Source of the DNA: Octopus sinensis
Taxonomy: Eukaryota
Assembly: GCF_006345805.1 (NCBI RefSeq)
Contig: NC_043009.1
Span: forward strand, 2,604,001-2,668,000
Length of the DNA stretch: 64,000 nt
Direction of reading: 5' to 3'
Part shown: piece after piece, positions 1 to 15,396 of the stretch
Numbering within the stretch: position 1 is the first letter of the stretch
Layout of the letters: every line of letters begins with the position of its first letter
The notes under the pieces: model-generated
Seen by the model: the letters and a program-made list of their open reading frames with translations, nothing else
Told to the model about the DNA's origin: nothing
Databases searched by the model: none
Translations under genes and position numbers: made by a program

Positions 1-59
1 TCCTCACGGAATAAATTATATTAATTTAATATTATAAACCAAGGACACGCACACAAATT

Positions 60-174
60 AATCTATGATAATAATAATAATAATAACAATAGCAACAACA
101 ACAACAACAACGATAATAACAACAACAACAACAACAACAACAGCAGCAGCAAAAACAACAACAACAACAACAAC

Positions 175-213
<39 letters not shown>
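60..213. repeat. Compound (ATA)n/(ACA)n trinucleotide microsatellite
   Basis: Direct reading; explains ORFs 32..241, 58..303 and 63..275. Confidence 0.95.
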
Positions 214-214
<1 letters not shown>

Positions 215-652
215 TAAATATGTAAAATATAGGCATAACATGCGCAGGTAAAGAACAATGTGTTGAAGTACTCAATATGAATTGTAGTGTAAAGAATTCT
301 CATCGTAAATACAAAGGATTTAATTTCACAATTCCATTTTGATTTTATAGAAAATAATATGGAATTTATATATGACCTGTTGCGCCTAAGACTAATTTTG
401 ATATAGGTGATGTTTGGATGGGAAACATCGTAGAATTATTAAGGAATTGAATTGGAGAAGATTAGGCATATTAACACACATACGCACATACGCGCGCAAA
501 CACTGATAGTTCTGGCAAATTTCAGCTGCTTCCTTTTAAGGAACATAAAACAAAAACATTTTTTCTGTTCCATTTATTTCTAATTGGAAATTCCGCACAT
601 GTCTATTTTTGCTGTCAATTAGGAAATTAAATACGTGTAGACTGTGTGGCAA

Positions 653-808
653 GGAGCAGGAGTGGGTGCGTAGCAAGTAGCTTCCGTACCGGGTTCAGTC
701 CTACTGCGTGACACCTAGCGCAAGTGTCTTCTACTATAGTCTCGTGCCGACCAAAGTCTTGCAAGTGGATTTGGCAGGCGGAACTGAAAGAAACCCGTGG
801 TATATATG

Positions 809-844
<36 letters not shown>

Positions 845-1073
845 ATGTGTGTGTGTGTGTGTGTGTATTTGTGGGTCTGTGTCTGTCCCCACCATCATCA
901 CTTGACAACCGATGTTTGTGTGTTTACGTCCCGTAAACATGTTACCGAACCGCTAAGCAACTTAGCGGTTCGGTAAAAAGAGTGCAATGGAATAAGTCCT
1001 GGGGTCGATGTATTCGACGAAAGGCGGTGCTCCTATATGGCCGCAGTCAAATGACTGAAAGGAATAAAAGAAT
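653..1073 (+). mobile_element. tRNA-derived CORE-type SINE (family B) with internal (TA)n(TG)n linker
   Basis: tRNA-like head (ggttcagtcc B-box-like), CORE-like segment acctagcgcaagtgtcttctactatag, microsatellite, then body and tail gtcaaatgactgaaaggaataaaaga; matches the copies at 2446 and 63441. Confidence 0.8.
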
Positions 1074-1104
1074 ATATATATATATAACTCCATCCATTTA
1101 TACT

Positions 1105-1184
<80 letters not shown>

Positions 1185-1730
1185 TAAGTATATGACTATA
1201 TATACATTATGCATATGTGTATATGATTATATATATACATATATATATATATATCAATAATATTAATACGCAAACTTTTTGTGTTTGTATGTACCTGTTG
1301 TGTGCGTCACACATCAAAGAAGTAGCAAAACGAGAGAGAGTAGGACATAGAGGAAGTTAGAGAGAGTGAGAGAGAGAGAGTAAAAGAGGCAGTGAGTGGC
1401 GACGGCGTTCGTTTTGTGTTTTTAAATGTTTATATTATCGCAAGAGAAATAGATACATAGGTACCTATACACATTGTTAAATCAGAAGCTGTAGAGAAGA
1501 GGGACACAAAGGAAGAGAGACAGTAGATACATAAACCCAAAGATACATACACCCAGCAAATATTGACTGCCCTTTTTAGCATGTAAGAAGTCCACAAAGT
1601 GGTCTTCTCTGCTTCTATAAAATTTTGTATACTCTTATATTATAAAAATCTTTTTGTCTTCTGACTTTCATTACGCATGCTAACCACTGGGAATAATAAT
1701 TTATTTTAATAATTTATTACCCTTTTAAAT

Positions 1731-1784
<54 letters not shown>

Positions 1785-1970
1785 AAATGGAAAGATGAAT
1801 TATCTTGTTACGGATTATTCAAAAGTTTAACCGATACCTGGGTAGCAAAAATCACAGCAGAAAAAAACACGGTTGGAGATATGACCATATGGTGTTGCAA
1901 CCGTGCGTTGGTGCGGATAATTGAAGTTTAATATAATTATTATATTAATTATATATACTAATTATTATAC

Positions 1971-2026
<56 letters not shown>

Positions 2027-2445
2027 TGAATTTAAAGGACTATTGTATTAAAAAAATAAAAACTCTTTCTTTATCATATGAAAGGTTGGCTGCAATTTCC
2101 CCATATGATTTCTCTGGACTGAAATATTTATAATTGACAAAACAAGTATTATATTGAGAATCCTTTTTATATTAAATTTCCATCTGCAAACACATTCCTT
2201 TCAAACATATGCATCAAACCGTTCATAGGACGTGGGAGCTTAATCAGATGTAAAATACCTTGGGTACAGCAGGTTGGTCAGTTGATAATATATACTGAAT
2301 ATGACGCAGTGACAGGTGCTAATCGTAAAAGGGGTCAACGGGGTACAACCAGCCTTCGAAGATAAACATCTGTCATACCCACTGATGATGAGGTGACAAT
2401 GGGTATTTTCAGCAATATATGGGAGAAAAAGTAGGGTGTTAACAG

Positions 2446-2853
2446 TGTAGGAGTGGCTGTCTGGTAAGTAGCTTGCTAACCAACCATATGATTCCGAGTT
2501 CAGCCCCACTGCGTGGCACCTTGGGCGAGTGTCTTCTACTAAAGCCACGGGCCGACCAAAGCCTTGTGAGTGGATTTGGTAGACGGAAACTAAAAAAAGC
2601 CCATCGTATATATGTATGTATATATATGTGTGTATGTGTATGTTTGTATGTCTGTGTTTGTCCCCCCAACATCGCTTGACAACCGATGGTGGTGTGTTTA
2701 CGTCCCCGTAACTTAGCGGTTCGGCAAAAGAGACCGATAGAATAAGTACTAGGCTTACAAAAGAATAAGTCCTGGGATCGATTTGCTCGACTAAAGGTGG
2801 TGCTCCAGCATGGCCGCATTAAAATGACTGAAACAAGTAAAAGAGTAAAAGAG
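2446..2853 (+). mobile_element. Near full-length CORE-type SINE (family B)
   Basis: Head tgtaggagtggctgtctggtaag...gagttcagcccc; core ggcaccttgggcgagtgtcttctact resembling the MIR/CORE gaccttgggcaagt motif; TA/TG linker; tail aaacaagtaaaagagtaaaagag. Confidence 0.85.
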
Positions 2854-3625
2854 CAGCAGAATTGCTATTTGCATCCGTCATTAATATTTCACTGACAACC
2901 GATTGAAATTGTTTCTGATGAGGTAAAGTGTGCGTGTTTCATCCATTTGATTTACTTTACAGAGTTGAAATCTGGTGGAATATTTGGTATCAGAGATCCG
3001 GTAATTGTGCTATTTTTCCTGGACCCTATGGTGAATGACTGAAAGATTAGGCTCTTCTGAACGTATATTTCTCGTATTACCTTTTACACGTATGGTTTCA
3101 ATATAACGTGTTTGCTATTCTCGATCCCCGGCAAAATATTTTTACATGTTGTTCGAGTCCACCTAAAGCCCCAACGACTACTCACACAAACCATGACAAG
3201 AAATGGATCGAATCTTTTAGTCTGTGTCTCTTTATCCGTAACTTTCACGTTTTGTTGTCTCATATGCAAAGGCGCACGTAATATTTTGGAGCGCAATGAG
3301 TTGTTACTGACTGTTTGCGATCTTGAAACATCATTTACTATAGCAAGAATGTAGTTTCAAAATTGTGTATCCTGTAGATGTAACATGATTTCTGGTACAT
3401 AAAGGAAACGGCGTGTTTGAAAATTACTTATCAGTAAATAGGTCATAACGAATACGTGACTGTACATGGGGAAGAAACAGAGATGCGTCATCTTTCTTTC
3501 GACTCTCGTCGATGAACCTCTCCAGAAATACCAGGATTTGGTTCCTTCTTTTTCGAGAATCTAGTGAAATCTTGTTATTTTCGAATATTTGGCTCTTGTT
3601 GCCTTCCAATTCTCGGCAACCTTTC

Positions 3626-3669
3626 AGCAGCAGCAGCAGCAACAACAGTAGGAGTAGTATTAGCAGGAA

Positions 3670-3759
<90 letters not shown>

Positions 3760-3781
3760 CAGCAGCAGTAGTAGTAGTAGT

Positions 3782-3819
<38 letters not shown>

Positions 3820-3883
3820 TAGTAGTAGCAGCAGCAATAGTAATAGTAGTAGTAGTAGTAGCAGCAGCAGCAGTAGTAGTAGT

Positions 3884-3921
<38 letters not shown>

Positions 3922-3925
3922 TAGT
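3626..3925. repeat. Compound (CAG)n/(TAG)n microsatellite
   Basis: Direct reading; produces the poly-S, poly-V/A and poly-L ORFs. Confidence 0.95.
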
Positions 3926-5580
3926 TGCTGTTGCCGTAGCAGTTGTGTTTGTTACAGCCGCTGTTATTGTAGTTAGCGTTTCGAAAGTTTTTCCAGCTAC
4001 CGACGCCTATGCTAATATTAATATTGTTCTAAACATTAATGTTATCGCAGTTAATATCTTTTGAAAGAACAGGTTTTTTTTTCTTTGGTTTCTCAATCAC
4101 TAATTATTTGTTAATAGAATTTCAGTCATTCTTTTTTTCTGAGTGGGAAGGGCGTTTAGTTCAAATTCTTTCATGCACAGAAGACTGCCGCCAACACTAG
4201 GAGAGTCGCCATACATTAGTATCGTCGACGATATAATTTTTGAATTTGTTTCTGTTTAAGAAATGGTTTCCCAGCTAAAAATTTCAAAATGTCAAAAGAA
4301 CATAAAAATAGAAAAAAGAGAAAAAAAATTCTCCCCGAGCCAGGAAGAAAAACAATTAAACAGAATATTACCGTTTAACATATTTTACAGGAAAACAAAA
4401 ACGCGGAAAAAACATAGAAATCGAATTAGAAGCGAAACGTAAAGTCCAGGTGCAGAATCAAAGATGTTTTCCCGCTGGTTATCCAAATAATAATAATAAC
4501 AATGCTTTATTAAATAAGCTGCAAGGGCTTATGATGTTGGAAAGACTACAAAAGCGAAAGACCACGAAAAATATTTGTAACAATAATCAACGGATATTTT
4601 ATTTCTTGTAAAAGCTAGAAAGCAACAATAACAAGCATGCCGAAGGAAGATACCATGATATTTCAACACTAAATTAATGTTTTAAGAATAAAGTTTGGAA
4701 AATACACAAAATCAAAGCTCGCTTTTCTGTTTGTCAACACATTAGACATCAAATGTTCCATATTCTATGACTGTAATCAAAAGTTTTCGAGATTAACCCT
4801 CCGATCGGCAGCAATTCTCCAACTTAGCTATGTTCTGTCTTCGGACGCTCGATAAGCTTCGATTAAGTGACTAGGATAATCTGTGCCACTAGTATCCACT
4901 TTCTGATAAATTTCCTAAAAGGAATGATCTCCTTTTTCCTCACACACCGTGTTGTGAACCCTAACCAAATTTCAGATTCCAGGTAGCTAAGGTTGATCTC
5001 CTTTCAAAGCAAACAAACTACTTTCTCAAATGGATGAGTGGTGCACAAATGAGTTTTACAAAAGTTAATTAAAATTGTTATTCTGGGAATATCTCTAGGT
5101 ACTACTGCTTGAGCAGATGCCAATGCAGCATCATCCTCAACGTATCGGCCCCTTAGAATGAAAAGCATTCCTTCGGCAGCTAGGAATGAATGAAAAAAAA
5201 CTTTCCAAGTTGAAGGATAAAAACTAGTGCAAACTACAGCCGCGATATATGCACTCACCACTTTGACCCTGAGCTGATTGCTAGCTGACTCACAACGCCA
5301 ACGTGTCTGCTGCTGAGAGACGCAACATGAATAGAGACTGTGCTTAGTACCACTTCAGCTGCATATCATCTACAAAACTGTCATAAACACATGTCTAGAG
5401 ATGTGTTAACTCGAGCTTCCGACTACGAGACCTTTTTCAGCTTTTACAGAGATTTACTCGAGAAATTGATATCTGTGGTTCCTGCATGCTCCTCTTAATA
5501 TGTTACGCTGCTTCGATATGTTGCTGATTCCTGTGGTTCTCGATACCGTAATTTAATCCTTTGTTCACTGACACAATCTT

Positions 5581-5818
5581 ATTTCTTATTTCTTTATTGC
5601 CCACAAGGGGCTAAAAATAGAAGGAACAAACAAGTACAGACAAAGGGATTAAGTCGATTACATCGACCCCAGTGCGTAACTGGTATTTATTTAATCGACC
5701 CCGAAAGGATGAAAGGCAAAGTCGACCTCGGTGGAATTTGAACTCAGAACGTAGCGGCAGACAAAATCCCGCTAAGCATTTCGCCCGGTGTTCTAATGTT
5801 TCTGCCAGCTCACCGCCT
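5581..5818 (-). mobile_element. Full-length tRNA-derived SINE (family A) with 17-bp TSD
   Basis: Reverse complement of the ggcggtgagctggcagaa...gagttcaaattcc...gtcgactttgcctttcatcctttcggggtcga family; TSD ttcactgacacaatctt at 5564-5580 and 5819-5835. Confidence 0.9.
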
Positions 5819-5899
5819 TTCACTGACACAATCTTGCCACACCTCACTATTATAGGTATAATTCCAAACAACTCTAGCCTCTACAACAACATCAATATA

Positions 5900-6750
5900 T
5901 TCCGTTACTGAACCGATGTGTGAATGAAACCCTCATCGAGCACTTTCGATGAATGCAATTTATGCTGAACTCGTTGCTGACGTCGCAATATATCGGAGAG
6001 AGCCAGCCTTCAAAAAGTGTACTGAAATAGGCTGCATTTCCCTCTGCCACCAAATACTGATGGCCGTTCCTATATAATTATTTTGTCACTCCAAAAATAA
6101 CGAAACATAAGACGAGCCAAGCTGATTACCAAATAACTCTACAGAGAATCACAATGGTCCATTTTTGTGTAGACAGATATTGTAGAATATCAAAATTCTT
6201 CGGAATTCTGAGTGCATTATTGACACGTACCAATTTGTCGAAGATCTCACATTGTATTTTGAGCAGAGCTATCCAACGCAAATGATTTCTATATTTATGC
6301 GCCCTTTCATGAGCTGAACCATTCCACATTCGCTAACACGACTGTTTCAAGTCACGTACCGCGAAGACCAGATAATTGCAAAACGTTTGGTATTGAAAGT
6401 TGAACAGATGCAATCTGTTAACACCTGATTCTGGAAGCGAGAACTGAGTTGTTCATTGTCAAGTGCATGTTACAAAATGTGCAACTTCATCCGATATGCA
6501 TATTACGTTCTGTAGACATTTTGCCTTCGCCTCTTCTTTACTGCAAAATAATTACAATGTTATGGACTGTCTTTTTGTTTGGGGACAAAAAGGTACACAT
6601 AATATATTTTAGCGGAATGTTTTGAAATTAATTTAGCGTAGGTTGCAGCAAATTTTCGGACTGCAAATTATAATGAACACGATAGTTGCCGACTGCATGC
6701 AGATTTGCTAAAGGAAATCTTATGAAACTCAGATTAGAAAAATGTGCCAA
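5900..6750 (-). pseudogene. Possible highly decayed hAT (Charlie/ZBED5-like) transposase relic
   Basis: Scattered minus-strand motif remnants in the expected order (LAN.. of the BED finger, FAL.D, VR....EEF, CIHR); many stops and frameshifts; judged by eye only. Confidence 0.3.
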
Positions 6751-7659
6751 GATAACGTTGACGTGAAGAAAATTAAGAACGATATCTATCAAGATAAAGG
6801 AAGAGAGATTTAGACTAAGCATACACAGAAGGTAGGAATCAAGTAACTTCGATGGCGTATAGACGCACGGTGGAAAGAGAAGCTTCGAAAGGAATTTTAT
6901 AGAGACGCATAATACCTAGATCTAAACTAAATGCAAAACTACCTGGTAGTAGTGATGGGCACTCTAAAGAACTCATTGTATATAACAATATATAATATTC
7001 CCAACTGGACAGCAAACGAACATGTATAATTAAGCCAAACCTAAATAAGCCAAAATGCTTCATTAAACTACAATATTCACATCCGAAAGAAAATATACAT
7101 ATTTAACATAAATATGGACAACGGTTTAGCACAAATAATGTATTATACAATGTATTATCTACTGAGAGGCATGTACAGACAAATGAAAAACCCCTTCATT
7201 TACTACAAATCATAAATAAAATCGCTGCCCTCCTGTTTCAGCTAGGAAATAATACATCAAATATCATGTGACAGATTTGGGGGATTTCATAGACAAGAAG
7301 GAATGTGTCGGCGTAAAGTAGTTTAATTTTTCAGTGTATAACGAAGAAACCATGGTTTAGGACATGCGATTTCACACAAAAGATCGATGAAAATGTTAAT
7401 CTGCTCTCATACGAATATTATGTATCATCAGGAGAATAAACACCTACTAACGAAATTTACAAAGGGGATACAATTTCCTTTAAAGAATGAGATAGGTGAA
7501 ACATAAATGAATGAAATAAATACTGACATTATGACTAGTTTACTATAGAATAAACAATAAAATATACAGCCCAATAAATACCTAAAGGTTCTGGGCTTAA
7601 AAATATGGGTTCATAGAACATAATATTAATTGGTACAGCATACATAAACAAATATATGG

Positions 7660-7860
7660 ACAATTAGCTAGAGTGTTGCAGACAATACAGAGATTTACTG
7701 AAGGAATTGAAATAAAATTCGGATTAGAAAAAATATGCCAACCTAAATCTGAAGATAGGAAAATTAATTAAGAACGCTAATATCTTAATATATAATGTAA
7801 GAGGTACATTATAATTAGAGCAAATAGATTACAAATGCACAGAAATTGATTAATTATTTG
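7660..7860 (+). pseudogene. Decayed R4/Dong-like non-LTR RT fragment
   Basis: Translates to LQTIQRFTEGIEIKFGLEK, then after a frameshift CANLNLKIGK, resembling the post-YxDD 'F..DIGM.FGLDKCA....GK' segment. Confidence 0.4.
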
Positions 7861-8172
7861 ACAGTAATCAACGTACGTCTACGTACAAAAGCATCAGCAA
7901 GAATTGTTATATCTACATTAGATTGAAACTTAAAGCAGAGTTCACCCCAATCGTATTAATTAGTAGACGTCAATACTCAAGACACAAAAGTAATATATAT
8001 TAGAGCAAATATATTCTAAACTAGGCGAGATTAAAACAAAGGAGATAGAAAGCTTTACATTTGGATTGCGTCGCTTAATTTCTGTCATATTACTTTGTAT
8101 ATATATCACCAATACACAAATTTCTGCATAACAACGAAATATCTAACAATGGATATTAGAATATTAATATCA

Positions 8173-8326
8173 AAGGCGGTGAGCTGCCAGAAACGTTGGC
8201 AGGCCGGGCGAAATGCGTAGCCGTATTTCGTCTGCCGCTACGTTCTGAGTTCAAATTCCGCTGAGGTCGACCTCGCCTTTCACCCTTTCGGGGTCGATTA
8301 AATAAGTACTAGTTACGCACTGGGGT
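8173..8326 (+). mobile_element. SINE family A, 3'-truncated
   Basis: ggcggtgagctgccagaaacgttgg...gagttcaaattccgctgaggtcgac...ttacgcactgggg. Confidence 0.85.
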
Positions 8327-8423
8327 TTACTGGTGTAGGTATTGTCTTGAAGGAGGATTAGGATAGTGCATACGTACTTTTCTGAGTCCATGATTACTAC
8401 AAAACTCCTTTTATCGGATTCTG

Positions 8424-8513
<90 letters not shown>

Positions 8514-9227
8514 CCTTGGAAAGAAGTGCGTGTAGAGACGTTACGCATCCCTTAAATAGCGTCAAGTCAGGGGCAAATGTCATTAGACTATGTAGCTGCA
8601 TTCTGAAGCGTGACCAGCTGGAGCTTTGCTCATTATCCAACCATCTTTCTCCTACTTTAACACTAGGTCTGCTGCAGGTTGTCTTACGTTTCTTATCACT
8701 AGTGCCTGGTAGCAAAGTCACGACTTCTAATGGGGAAGAAGTAGCACCCCGACCTAGAGAAACTCCTGATGTCAAAGCTACGCATCCTATTGAGCAACAC
8801 TACTTAAATTGTAATATATTTCGGCCAATTGTATTTGTTATTATACTCTTTGTCTCGTTAACCGACATTCATGGCCATAGGTAAGGAGTATATTGCAGAG
8901 AAACAAAACTGAAGATAACTAGATTGCCCTCTTTGCCAGCCTGTCCTCCTTTGAGGATCGAATACTGGAGGTAGCACATTACTGTGCTATCAACTGTAAT
9001 TCTGGTTTCCAATTTAGTCTCCTACCTCCCTCACACGTGAGTACATCCTTGAGAAAATTAAAGCTCTCCACTCGTCTGAGTGATATTGTACTAAAGCGCA
9101 GAATACACTGGGAAGGTTTTCTTCAGTCATCATACCCTTCGCAGCACTAATTTTCATCCCAGCCTTTCTAAACCCTGGAGCAAACCTAAACTGTGCCTAG
9201 ATAAATAGATAGATAGATGATCAGGCA

Positions 9228-9315
9228 TTCTTTTATTCTTTTACTTGTTTCAGTCATTTAACTGCGGCCATGCTAGAGTACGTCCATTATTCGAACAAAT
9301 CGAGCCCCAGAAATA
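9228..9315 (-). mobile_element. SINE family B 3' tail fragment
   Basis: ttcttttacttgtttcagtcatttaactgcggccatgctagag is the reverse complement of the family B tail. Confidence 0.75.
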
Positions 9316-9905
9316 TAAAAAAATTCGACCCCAGGAATGTAAAAATTAATATAATTGTATGTGTCTGTAAGCAAATGTGTTTGTAAGAAACGCATTTATG
9401 TAACTAGAAAAACCAAGTTCCGCGTAGTACAGCCATTGATTATATCACCTCTCACCTTGAAAAACATTTTGTTAATGTTCATGAAGACATCAGGTGTAAT
9501 CCGAAACGTCCTACACATAATGTCTTACTATAATGATTTTTCCATAAATTTTCGATAATTTCTTTATTATACTTGTTTTGTATTTCAAAGTAAGCATTTT
9601 TCATATTGTGATCAAATTTTTAAAAAAATGAATTACGACATAGAAATATTATTCAGCCACAAAACACCACTTTGTGTAAACCAGAGTTAGTCTTTATCAC
9701 AACTGTTTACTGCATTGTGTATTGCAATATTAAGTGCAATGATTGTTAGTGGGTGTAAATCGCTTCTGGAAGCTGGCTATGGATATAAGTAGACTGCAGT
9801 AAACGTTATTATATTAATGGTACTTATTCTATCTAACGCAGGATCAAACGAAATATATACGAACATATATGCACATACCTATACGGTTATGTACATATGG
9901 ATATA

Positions 9906-10005
<100 letters not shown>

Positions 10006-10028
10006 GTATATATAATATATATATATAT

Positions 10029-10073
<45 letters not shown>

Positions 10074-10074
10074 A

Positions 10075-11980
<1,906 letters not shown>

Positions 11981-12819
11981 TTGCACGTATGTATATATGT
12001 GTGCATGTACGTATGTGTGTGTTTGTGTGTGTGTATGAAGTCATGTCTATGATACTCTCCGTTACCGTTCATTTCCAGGTATTTATTCTTAACTATTTTC
12101 GTTTCTGTAGCGTTTAACATAGGAATGGTTACATTTCTACGCTCATATATTTATTTCTGCTGTGCCTATATACTTTTGCAATTATTATGTATATTTTTGT
12201 ATCATTTGATGCGATGTAACATGCAACTATTCACAATATCACGTTCCTTTTTTATTTACCATAGCAGTTTAATCTAACCATATTGGTAGGCATGTACATA
12301 ATTATTGTAGCACCATCAACCTCCTACATTCGTCTCTTCCGCTTTATCAGGTTATATTTTCGATCGGTAGTGTGTTACCACAAAACGAACAAAATTTAAC
12401 ATTTAGGAAAGAATAAGTAGTGAAATGATTTGAAATTGGAATGAATGCAAAAGCAGCAATTTTGGGCGGTGGAATTTAGTCGATTATATTGATTTAACAA
12501 TTTGAGTAGTACTTTATTTTATCGATATCGAAGGATGAACGGCTAACTTGAACTCTCGAGATGATTTGACCTGAAAGAAATGCCGCTGTCTACTTGTCCC
12601 GACTCGTCAACCAATTTAATCTGGTGCGGTATAAGAGGAAATGCTTTAACCTATGAAGATTGGAGTTGTTTTCTCATGACAGCTCATTTGAAACAACATC
12701 TATAAGGAAACGGACGAAATACCAAAAGCTGCAAAGAGCAGTATAGAGGAATTTTAGCAGAAGGAGTACTGAATTGAGAACATAACTCATAACTTGAATA
12801 CAGAAAAAAACATGAAAAA

Positions 12820-13950
12820 TGACCGCTTGTAAGGATAAAAATAATAATATGCTCACAGATAGGAAAGGAGTTGATGAAAGATGGATAAAATTCATGAAGT
12901 ATCTATACATTTAACACAGAAGGACTGATTTGAAAATTCTGTACAACGTTTAGCAAAATCAACCTGAGAATTCGTAATAGGTTCTTAAACAATGGATCCC
13001 CAAAAAGTAATATCAAAGACGTAATAAAATATTTGAAAGCCAACAAAGCAAAAGATGTAGAGCATATTATAGCAAATAAGATAAAAAGAGTTGGTGTAAA
13101 ACGAGAGAATTTTCGTGCAAAGTATGCAAACAGGTTTGCTATTACATTCTTACCGAAAACGAAACCACTATCCCTTGCATTTACAAAAAAAGAAAAAAAG
13201 CGAAAATACTAGACATATAGCAATTACGACATGGTGACAAAGTATTATTTAGCGTGCTAAATAACCTTTTAAGATTCATACAAGAAAATAATTGCTGAAT
13301 GACATTGGCGGTTGCGGAGTAATTATTAAAAAAATTAGAGGGCGTGAAACAGGAGTACTTCATATATTTCTTGCATCAAAAGAAAAGGGAGTTGACAGAA
13401 AATGGGAAAGAGAGCTATGGGATATCATGAAGATGTAGAACATACCATCACATCTAATTAGAATATCGGACCAAAAAAAAAAAGAAATAAATAGATGAAA
13501 CTAATTATGTAATTCTGAACAATTAAATAATAGTATAGTTTAAAAGACAAACGCAGAGTACATTTTCAGAACGAATTCCGTATATTTTCATAACGGTTAT
13601 CCAATCTATTTCTTAAACATTTGATGACAGATATCTTAGATAACGTTTAGAGCACCGTGAAGAGTGGAAAAATAATGTTTGTCTACTTAACGGATGACCA
13701 ATCTACGGTAGACGATATTGAGATATCAACCGCGAATCGTCTGATGAAACAAGAAGTCATATTATGCTTCAAGTAAGTATCACGAGAAAACTAACTGTAA
13801 AAGTTGCCAAGTCATGTTGAAAAGAGAACAACCTGCGTAACTAACAAGTATTGACATGAGCGTAACTGAAGTCAACTCAATGCTATTGAGATGAATACAG
13901 TGAACCCATTCAATTAATTAGGTTCTCTCAGCAACGAACGTTCAATATTT
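12820..13950 (+). pseudogene. Decayed RTE-clade LINE ORF2 (linker and RT) relic
   Basis: Motif remnants in order: CKDKNNNMLTDRKGVDERW, DVIKYLKANKAKDVEHIIANKIKRVG, ELWDIMKM*NIPSHLIRI, VDDI, FN*LGS; many stops. Confidence 0.55.
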
Positions 13951-14305
13951 GAAACTGAGTTAAAGTTCCATTAGTAACAAGTAAATTTGCAAAGATGGAT
14001 AGGGCATGGGGCCTCAAAACATTGCAATATGTATGATACCTGAAAGTGCTTGCTACGATTGTGGGTCATACGTATACATAATATATCTATTGAAAGGCGC
14101 CTTCGACTTAAGATGCATTGGCCGTTTGATTCGCATTAATTGTAGGATCAACCGCACCAAAAAGGGTAGAAAGAAAAATAGCATCTCAGAGAAAATTTCA
14201 CAGATTGCATTATATCAAGTTGAAAATACAAATATGCTGATAAAATGATAAAGTAAAAGCAAGCACACGAGGAGAGAACGTCTCAATAATACTGAAATCT
14301 AAGAA

Positions 14306-14520
14306 AGGTGGCGAGCTGGCAGAAACGTTAGCACGCCGGGCGAAATACTTAGCGGTATTTCGTCTGCCGTTATGTTCTGGATTCAAATTCTGCCGAATTC
14401 GACTTTGCCTTTCATCCTTTCGCGGTCGATAAATAAAGTACCAGTTGTGTACTAGGTTCGATCTAATCGACTAGCTCTCTTCCCAAAAATGTTGTGCCTT
14501 GTGTCTATGGTAGAAGAAAT
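14306..14520 (+). mobile_element. SINE family A
   Basis: Family A head, body and an alternative tail (gtgccttgtgtctatggtagaagaaat). Confidence 0.85.
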
Positions 14521-14745
14521 CTTGAGATTTGACAAGAGATATAGATATTGGTATGCCTAAGACAAAATTACAAAACCGAGAATGATGGGAAATTCTGAGA
14601 TTCCCCAGCGGAATAAATTTAATGTAGCGGAGATTATACACTTTTATGCAGAATATTTTCGAAATTTGCGTCTTATATTTCTGGTACTTGTGATGAAAAA
14701 AACAAAAACAAAAGCAAAAAACAAAAGGCGTCGGAGGGGCGATGC

Positions 14746-15396
14746 ATACCCTGTGCGCAGGTAAAGTTTTTTGCAAATTATAGTGAGTCTTATAATGCGT
14801 TACTCACCCGTGCTTTTCAATTGGACTGAATTCAGCGTTTTTTTTTAAATATCACCATTACAGGTATTTATACTCCGGTGAAATTAAGAAATCAAGTAAT
14901 TAATAAGCGAAATCCCCGAATCCAACAGTGTGCATACACACATATACACATAGACAGATATACACGCATGCATAGACGGACAGATAGATAGATAGACACG
15001 CACACACGTACGCACACACACACACACACAGTCGCATATCTATGTATCTATTTATTTATGTATTTACGCATACGTATCTACGCGCATAAGCACACCATAA
15101 TATATACATTCACAGACGAGGGTTGATTCATAGGAAAAAGAAGATGAACAAAATAGTATGATTACTTGCTTATCGGGAAATTTGTAAGCTCGATTTAAAA
15201 AGAAATTAAAACAATTTTTTGTTAAAGATAATCAAACCAAATGTTCATCTTTTCGAGCCACTCACCCAATCAGTATTTCTGACAAATGTGATGGAAATCC
15301 GTTCAACCGTTTTCCAGTAATTTTGCAAACCGAGAAGACAAACAGACGAAGACGAGTGATTACAATAACATGCTTTCGCTTACGCGCGCAGGGTAT
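14746..15396 (+). mobile_element. Helentron-associated (HINE/pearl-like) non-autonomous element
   Basis: Subterminal inverted repeats ataccctgtgcgc (14746-14758) and gcgcgcagggtat (15384-15396), 12/13 match; short hairpin at the 5' subTIR; internal CA/GACA/GATA microsatellite; 3' block gaaatccgttcaaccgttt...gacaaacagacg typical of this group. Confidence 0.5.

Noticed and set aside
2229-3000. Plus-strand micro-exon candidates (RGSLIRCKIPWVQQ; LKSGGIFGIRDP, faintly CNBD-like)
   Set aside because: Would need a 40-nt intron, the phases are inconsistent, and it conflicts with the minus-strand candidates; too short to trust.
3424-4064. Overlapping long ORFs across the CAG/TAG tract, including a Thr/Ala mucin-like minus frame
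   Set aside because: Stop-free only because of the trinucleotide repeat; no start or homology support.
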